Source of the DNA: a virus
Taxonomy: Duplodnaviria; Caudoviricetes
Length of the DNA: 60,200 bases
Direction: 5' to 3' (one strand)
IMG/VR virus record: IMGVR_UViG_3300044701_002545
Span: 1 to 60,200 of that record
A program made the translations under genes and the position numbers. This document shows, piece after piece, positions 54,354 to 60,200 of the stretch; the stretch's first letter is position 1, and each line of letters begins with the position of its first letter. The notes under the pieces were generated by a model. That model was not told the DNA's origin and made no database searches. It saw nothing but the letters and a program-made list of their open reading frames with translations.

Positions 54354-55997
54354 ATGTCTGATGTATATCTTGGTAATCCGCTTTTAAAAAAAGCAAATAC
54401 TCCTATTGAGTTCACACAAGAACAGATTGAGGAATTCATTAGGTGTAAGGATGATCCCGTTTACTTTGCGAATAATTATGTAAAAATTGTAACTCTGGAT
54501 CACGGTCTCCAGACTTTTAAACCATATCATTTCCAAGAGAAGTTAATTAATAATTTCCACAATCACAGATTTAATATCTGTAAGATGCCACGACAGACTG
54601 GTAAATCTACCACTGTAGTATCTTTTCTATTGCATTATGCAGTTTTTAATGATAATGTCAATATTGGTATTCTTGCAAACAAAGCAGCAACTGCAAGAGA
54701 ACTTTTAGATAGATTGCAAACTGCATATGAGAATCTTCCAAAATGGATGCAACAAGGTATTATTTCTTGGAATAAAGGTTCATTAGAACTTGAAAACGGT
54801 TCCAAGATTTTGGCAGCATCAACTTCTGCATCTGCTGTTCGAGGAATGTCATTCAACATTCTATTCTTGGACGAATTTGCATTCGTTCCAAATCATATTG
54901 CGGATTCATTCTTTGCATCCGTATATCCAACGATTACTTCTGGTAAACAAACCAAAGTTATCATAGTTTCCACTCCACATGGTATGAACCATTTCTACCG
55001 CATGTGGCACGATGCAGAAAAGGGTAAAAATGAATATGTTTATACTGATGTCCATTGGAGCGAAGTTCCGGGAAGGGATGAGGAATGGAAGAAGCAAACA
55101 ATAGCCAATACTTCAGATTCCCAGTTTAAGGTTGAGTTTGAATGCGAATTCTTAGGATCTGTTGATACACTCATTGCACCATCTAAACTCAGAAACCTCG
55201 TATACGACCACCCTAAGACCCGCAACGCAGGTTTAGATGTATATGTTGACCCACAAGAGCAACACGATTACTTAGTAACTGTAGACGTTGCTAGAGGTGT
55301 TGGAAATGATTACTCAGCATTTACAGTTGTCGATATTACACAGTTTCCTCACAGACTTGTAGCAAAGTATAGAAACAATGAAATAAAACCAATGCTTTTT
55401 CCAAGCATAATTTATGATCTTGCAAAAAGTTATAATGACGCATACATTTTGTGCGAAGTTAATGACGTTGGCGATCAGGTTGCAAGTATTCTCCAATACG
55501 ATTTAGAGTACAATAATCTTCTCATGTGTTCCATGAGAGGCCGTGCTGGGCAAATAGTTGGTCAAGGATTTTCTGGAAAGAAAACTCAACTTGGAGTTAA
55601 GATGTCCAAAACTGTAAAAAAAATTGGATGCCTTAACCTCAAAACAATGATTGAGGAAGATAAACTTTATTTAAATGATTATGATGTTATTTCTGAGTTA
55701 ACAACTTTTATTCAAAAACATAACTCTTTTGAAGCAGAAGAGGGATGTAATGATGACCTTGCTATGTGTCTTGTAATATATGCATGGTTAGTTGCTCAAG
55801 ATTATTTCAAAGAACTTACTGATCAAGATGTAAGAAAAAGATTATACGAAGAACAAAAAAATCAAATTGAGCAGGACATGGCTCCATTTGGATTCATATC
55901 AGATGGTTTGGGAGAAAGTAGTTTTGTTGATGATGAAGGTGATAGGTGGTATGTTGATGAATATGGAGATAGATCGTATATGTGGGATTATATGTAA
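54354..55997 (+). CDS. gp17: Terminase large subunit gp17
   Basis: PRQTGKST Walker A, ILFLDEFAF Walker B, STPHG, DVARG, NDDLAM. Confidence 0.97.
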   Translation: MSDVYLGNPLLKKANTPIEFTQEQIEEFIRCKDDPVYFANNYVKIVTLDHGLQTFKPYHFQEKLINNFHNHRFNICKMPRQTGKSTTVVSFLLHYAVFNDNVNIGILANKAATARELLDRLQTAYENLPKWMQQGIISWNKGSLELENGSKILAASTSASAVRGMSFNILFLDEFAFVPNHIADSFFASVYPTITSGKQTKVIIVSTPHGMNHFYRMWHDAEKGKNEYVYTDVHWSEVPGRDEEWKKQTIANTSDSQFKVEFECEFLGSVDTLIAPSKLRNLVYDHPKTRNAGLDVYVDPQEQHDYLVTVDVARGVGNDYSAFTVVDITQFPHRLVAKYRNNEIKPMLFPSIIYDLAKSYNDAYILCEVNDVGDQVASILQYDLEYNNLLMCSMRGRAGQIVGQGFSGKKTQLGVKMSKTVKKIGCLNLKTMIEEDKLYLNDYDVISELTTFIQKHNSFEAEEGCNDDLAMCLVIYAWLVAQDYFKELTDQDVRKRLYEEQKNQIEQDMAPFGFISDGLGESSFVDDEGDRWYVDEYGDRSYMWDYM

Positions 55998-56239
55998 TGA
56001 ACACTGAAGAAGATTTTGATAAGCAAATAAAACTTGGGCACCTTTTACTGAATGATAGAAAATGTAGGACTTGTGGTGAACTAAAAAATTTGGTTGATGA
56101 ATTTTATAGAACTCGCAAGGATAGAGGTCCAGTAGCATCATCATATTCATATGAGTGTAAAGAATGCACTATAAAACGAGTTGTTATTGGAAAAATACAA
56201 CGTAACGTTTTTGGTAAATGGGAATATCCTGACTGGTAA
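55997..56239 (+). CDS. Small zinc-finger protein
   Basis: CRTC...CKEC; TAATG coupling to gp17. Confidence 0.7.
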   Translation: MNTEEDFDKQIKLGHLLLNDRKCRTCGELKNLVDEFYRTRKDRGPVASSYSYECKECTIKRVVIGKIQRNVFGKWEYPDW

Positions 56240-56320
56240 TCCATTCACGTCATGTTTCCCCCACGAAAAGTATATTTTTAATAAATATTTTCAGACAAAC
56301 TGAGATTTACGGAGAAAAAC

Positions 56321-58543
56321 ATGGCGACTCCTCAATTATCTCCTGGTGTATTAACTAGGGAGGTTGATTTAACGGTAGGAAGAGCTGATAATGTTTTAGA
56401 TAATATCGGTGCGATTGCCGGACCTTTCCCTATCGGACCTGTTGACGAACCAATTGATATTGCTACTGAACAAGATTTAATTAACGTTTTTGGAAAGCCA
56501 AGAACTACAGACTCCCAATATGAGTACTGGATGAGTGCTTCATCTTTCCTATCATATGGAGGAGTTCTTAAGGTAGTCAGAACCAGCGGAGCATCACTCA
56601 ACAATGCTAATGCCGGTGTTGGTATCGCTTCAACTTCCATATTGAAAATTGATAACTATGATGACTACACAAACAATCATGCAGAGGCAACAAACTTTAC
56701 CTTTGCTGCTAAGAACCCAGGATCTTGGGCAAACAGTTTAAAGGTATGTTTTATTGATGATTTAGCAGATCAAGTCATTGGCATCAATACCACAAATCTT
56801 GGTTCTTTAGGTGCTCAAATTGGTTATGGTGTAACTGCTGCAATTACAAACACCGTTATTGCAGGATCTGGCACCACATCACTTTTCAACGGATTCATTA
56901 AGGGAATTATTACTGGAATTACCACAGATTCCACAAATGGAAATAGCTCAATTAATGTAAAAGTTCTCTCAAGAGTTTCTTCTGCTGGAACAGAAACTGC
57001 TGTTACCTACGCAGAGGGTTCCGTAACCAATTCATTTGACGCTGACACCAACATCAGATTTGTTAACAACTCTGGAATTGTAACCGGAACATCAGCAGCT
57101 ACTGGAATAGAACCAACATCAGTTGTTGATTGGTATGATCAGCAAACCCTTGGATTAACAAACAGCACAATTTTCTGGAAGTCTATTGCACCAAAACCAG
57201 TAACTAACAAGTACTCACTGGATAGAGGTGGTAAAGGAGATGCTCTTCACGTTGTAGTTGTCGATGATTTAGGTACGATTACCGGAAATCAGGGAACTCT
57301 TCTAGAAAAGCATTTGAACCTCTCAAAGGCTTTAGATTCAGTTTCTGCAGTCAATTCACCACAAAAAATCTGGTATAAGAATTATCTTGCAGATTTCTCA
57401 TCTCAGATTTATGCTGGATACAATCCATCAAGTGCTGCAGATGCATATCATGGAACAACTCCAACACCAACTGCATTTAGTGGAGTGGGTGGTGTCGGTA
57501 TTGCTACTGGATGGACTAAAATTACTACTGCAGATGGTCTATGGGGACTAAATGCTCAAGATGTAACTTATAGTGCAATCGGAAACGTATCATACACACT
57601 CAATGGTGGTGTTGATTATTCTGCTGCTGGTGGATTAGCTGCAGAACTATCTGATTTAATCACTTCTTATGGTCTATTCTCTAACAAAGATGAGATTCAG
57701 GTAGATTATTTGATTAATGGCCCTTCTGCTAATTCAGAATCAGACTCTCAGGCAAAAGCAAATTATTTGATTTCTATTGCCGAGTCAAGAAAAGATTGTG
57801 TTGCCGTAATTTCACCATACAAGCAAACCGTTGTTGGACTTACTAATACAACAACACAAACTACAAATATTATTAAGTTCTTCAGTTCACTTTCATCTTC
57901 ATCATACGCAATATTTGATAGTGGATATAAGTACACCTATGACAGATTTAATAACAAGTTTGTTTACCTAGCATGTAACGCAGATGTTGCTGGTCTTATG
58001 ACTCGCACAAATGTGGTCGCATACCCTTGGTTCTCACCTGCAGGTCAGCAACGTGGTATCCTGAATAATGCTATCAAACTTGCATACAATCCAAATAAGG
58101 CTCAGAGAGATCAACTGTACCCACAGAGAATTAACTCAATCATAACACAACCTGGAATTGGAACTCTCCTATTCGGTGATAAAACTGCTCTAGGTTATGC
58201 ATCGGCATTTGATCGCATTAACGTTCGTCGCCTCTTCTTGACCATTGAACAGGCACTACAAAGAGCAGCACAAGCTCAACTATTCGAACTAAACGACGAG
58301 CTCACAAGAGCAAACTTCAAGAATATTGTTGAACCATATCTCCGTGATGTCCAGGCAAAGAGAGGTCTTTATGGTTTCTTAGTTGTTTGCGACAGCACAA
58401 ACAATACTCCTGATGTGATTGATAATAATGAGTTTAGAGCAGACATTTACCTGAAGCCTGCTAAGTCGATCAACTACGTAACACTAACCTTTGTTGCAAC
58501 CAGAACTGGTGTTGCATTCGAAGAAGTAGCTGGCACAGTTTGA
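56321..58543 (+). CDS. gp18: Tail sheath protein gp18
   Basis: SPGV..REVDLT; PWFSPAG..RG; FDRINVRRLF; KPAKSINY.TL.FVATRTG..F.E. Confidence 0.97.
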   Translation: MATPQLSPGVLTREVDLTVGRADNVLDNIGAIAGPFPIGPVDEPIDIATEQDLINVFGKPRTTDSQYEYWMSASSFLSYGGVLKVVRTSGASLNNANAGVGIASTSILKIDNYDDYTNNHAEATNFTFAAKNPGSWANSLKVCFIDDLADQVIGINTTNLGSLGAQIGYGVTAAITNTVIAGSGTTSLFNGFIKGIITGITTDSTNGNSSINVKVLSRVSSAGTETAVTYAEGSVTNSFDADTNIRFVNNSGIVTGTSAATGIEPTSVVDWYDQQTLGLTNSTIFWKSIAPKPVTNKYSLDRGGKGDALHVVVVDDLGTITGNQGTLLEKHLNLSKALDSVSAVNSPQKIWYKNYLADFSSQIYAGYNPSSAADAYHGTTPTPTAFSGVGGVGIATGWTKITTADGLWGLNAQDVTYSAIGNVSYTLNGGVDYSAAGGLAAELSDLITSYGLFSNKDEIQVDYLINGPSANSESDSQAKANYLISIAESRKDCVAVISPYKQTVVGLTNTTTQTTNIIKFFSSLSSSSYAIFDSGYKYTYDRFNNKFVYLACNADVAGLMTRTNVVAYPWFSPAGQQRGILNNAIKLAYNPNKAQRDQLYPQRINSIITQPGIGTLLFGDKTALGYASAFDRINVRRLFLTIEQALQRAAQAQLFELNDELTRANFKNIVEPYLRDVQAKRGLYGFLVVCDSTNNTPDVIDNNEFRADIYLKPAKSINYVTLTFVATRTGVAFEEVAGTV

Positions 58544-58577
58544 TTTAGTTAAACAAACAAAAAGGAGGACCTAAAAA

Positions 58578-59147
58578 ATGGCACACACTATTCAAGATTT
58601 CAAATCAGTACTAAGAGGGGGCGGTGCCCGCCCCAATCTATTTGAAGTTGTTTTAACTGATATTAAAGGTGGAGCAGAATTCGCTGCAGATGAGTTTTCA
58701 ATCTTATGCAAAGCAGCTAACTTACCAGCATCAAACGTAGCATCGATTGATGTTCCATTTAGAGGAAGAACCTTCAAGGTTGCTGGAGATCGTACCTTTG
58801 ATCCTTGGACAATCACCGTCATCAATGATGAAGACTTCAAAATCAGAACTGCTATGGAGCAGTGGATGCAGTCAATTGCACAATACTCTGATGGAAGTGG
58901 TTTCACCAACCCCGGTGATTACATGTCTGATGCAACTGTAAAACAACTCAAGAGGGTTGCTTCTACCACAGGACCAAACGTTGAGTCTGGTGGTGGACTA
59001 GAAGTTGCTAAGCAGTATAAGTTCTACAGCATTTTCCCAACCGCAATTTCTGCGATTGATCTATCATACGATACTGGAGACACCATTGAGGAGTTTACAG
59101 TTGAATTCCAAGTTCAATATTGGACTCCAATAACCGGAGAAAATTGA
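58578..59147 (+). CDS. gp19: Tail tube protein gp19
   Basis: GGARPNLFEV; VPFRGR..KVAGDRTF.PWT.TV.ND; IEEFTVEF. Confidence 0.96.
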   Translation: MAHTIQDFKSVLRGGGARPNLFEVVLTDIKGGAEFAADEFSILCKAANLPASNVASIDVPFRGRTFKVAGDRTFDPWTITVINDEDFKIRTAMEQWMQSIAQYSDGSGFTNPGDYMSDATVKQLKRVASTTGPNVESGGGLEVAKQYKFYSIFPTAISAIDLSYDTGDTIEEFTVEFQVQYWTPITGEN

Positions 59148-59189
59148 TCCGATAAATAGTCCATAGACTTTAAGGATCAAAAATAAATT

Positions 59190-60200
59190 ATGGCAAGGTT
59201 ATTTGGTTTCTCTATTGAAGATACAGAACCACTATCACCAAATGCAGTCAGTCCCGTTCCACCTAACAGTGATGACGGGTCTGACTTTTATTTGAGTAGT
59301 GGTTTTTTTGGTTCTTATGTAGACATTGAAGGCGTTTATAGAACAGAGTATGATCTTATCAAAAGATATCGTGAAATGGCACTTCATCCAGAATGCGATA
59401 GTGCTATTGAAGATATTGTAAATGAGGCTATTGTATCGGATAGTAATGATTCTCCTGTCCAGATTGAACTATCCAATTTAAATGCAAGTGATGGTATTAA
59501 AAAGAAAATAAGGGAAGAATTTAAATATATTCTCGAACTTTTAGATTTTGATAGAAAGTGTCATGAAATTTATAGGAATTGGTATATTGATGGTAGACTT
59601 CACTATCATAAAGTAATTGATTTAAAAAATCCATCAGAAGGAATACAAGAGTTAAGATATATCGATGCAATGAAAATTCGATATGTTAGGGCTCAAAAAA
59701 AGAAAGATAGAGATAAGTTTAGATTGTCTAATGTAAACACAGATAATCCAATGGAATATGAGTTTCCAGAAATTGATGAATATTTTGTTTATAATCCAAA
59801 AATGACATATCCAACTTCAAACCCATCATCGATGGGTGGTAGTTCTGGAATCAAAATGTCTAGAGACTCAATTACATATTGTACTTCGGGATTGGTAGAC
59901 AGAAATAAAGGATCAACTCTTTCATATCTTCATAAAGCAATCAAGTCACTCAACCAGCTAAGAATGATTGAGGACTCTCTTGTTATTTACAGATTGTCTC
60001 GTGCTCCAGAAAGAAGAATCTTCTACATTGATGTAGGCAATCTTCCTAAAGTAAAAGCGGAACAATATCTCCGCGATGTTATGATGCGTTATCGTAACAA
60101 GTTAGTATATGATGCTAATACCGGAGAGATTCGTGATGATAAAAAGTATATGAGTATGCTTGAGGACTTCTGGCTTCCTCGTCGTGAAGGTGGTAGAGGA
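59190..60200 (+). CDS. gp20: Portal protein gp20 (5' part, runs off the window)
   Basis: MARLFGFSI...YREMALHPECDSAIEDIVNE...NQLRMIEDSLVIYRLSRAPERRIFYIDVGNLP...EDFWLPRREGGRG. Confidence 0.96.
   Translation, partial: MARLFGFSIEDTEPLSPNAVSPVPPNSDDGSDFYLSSGFFGSYVDIEGVYRTEYDLIKRYREMALHPECDSAIEDIVNEAIVSDSNDSPVQIELSNLNASDGIKKKIREEFKYILELLDFDRKCHEIYRNWYIDGRLHYHKVIDLKNPSEGIQELRYIDAMKIRYVRAQKKKDRDKFRLSNVNTDNPMEYEFPEIDEYFVYNPKMTYPTSNPSSMGGSSGIKMSRDSITYCTSGLVDRNKGSTLSYLHKAIKSLNQLRMIEDSLVIYRLSRAPERRIFYIDVGNLPKVKAEQYLRDVMMRYRNKLVYDANTGEIRDDKKYMSMLEDFWLPRREGGRG

Overview
This 60.2-kb window comes from a T4-like cyanophage (cyanomyovirus, Kyanoviridae-like; inferred from gene content, host not determinable here). 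The right two-thirds (19.3-60.2 kb) is the late virion module, in order: gp25, gp6, a giant gp7, a fibre-like protein, a subtilisin-like protease, gp8, a VrlC-like protein, gp13-gp19 and a partial gp20, with T4-type (N)ATAAATA late promoters. The left third (1-19 kb) is a dense, almost entirely plus-strand accessory region of small ORFs. It also carries two free-standing homing endonucleases, a DEAH helicase, a 2OG-Fe(II) oxygenase, a ligase-fold protein, a CurT/CAAD-like membrane protein and a glycosyltransferase. The most striking unexplained signal is a gapless 28-bp, imperfectly palindromic element (commonest form ACTGGGCCCTTTAAAGTGTACCAGTAGT, always followed by a purine). It occurs 13 times between 2294 and 15763, always on the same strand and at gene boundaries, mostly just after a stop codon and often fused to the next ATG. 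It divides the region into 0.3-3.9 kb gene cassettes, so it is a candidate cassette-shuffling and/or novel phage promoter system. Coordinates of ORFs missing from the supplied track were read by hand, and no database searches were run.
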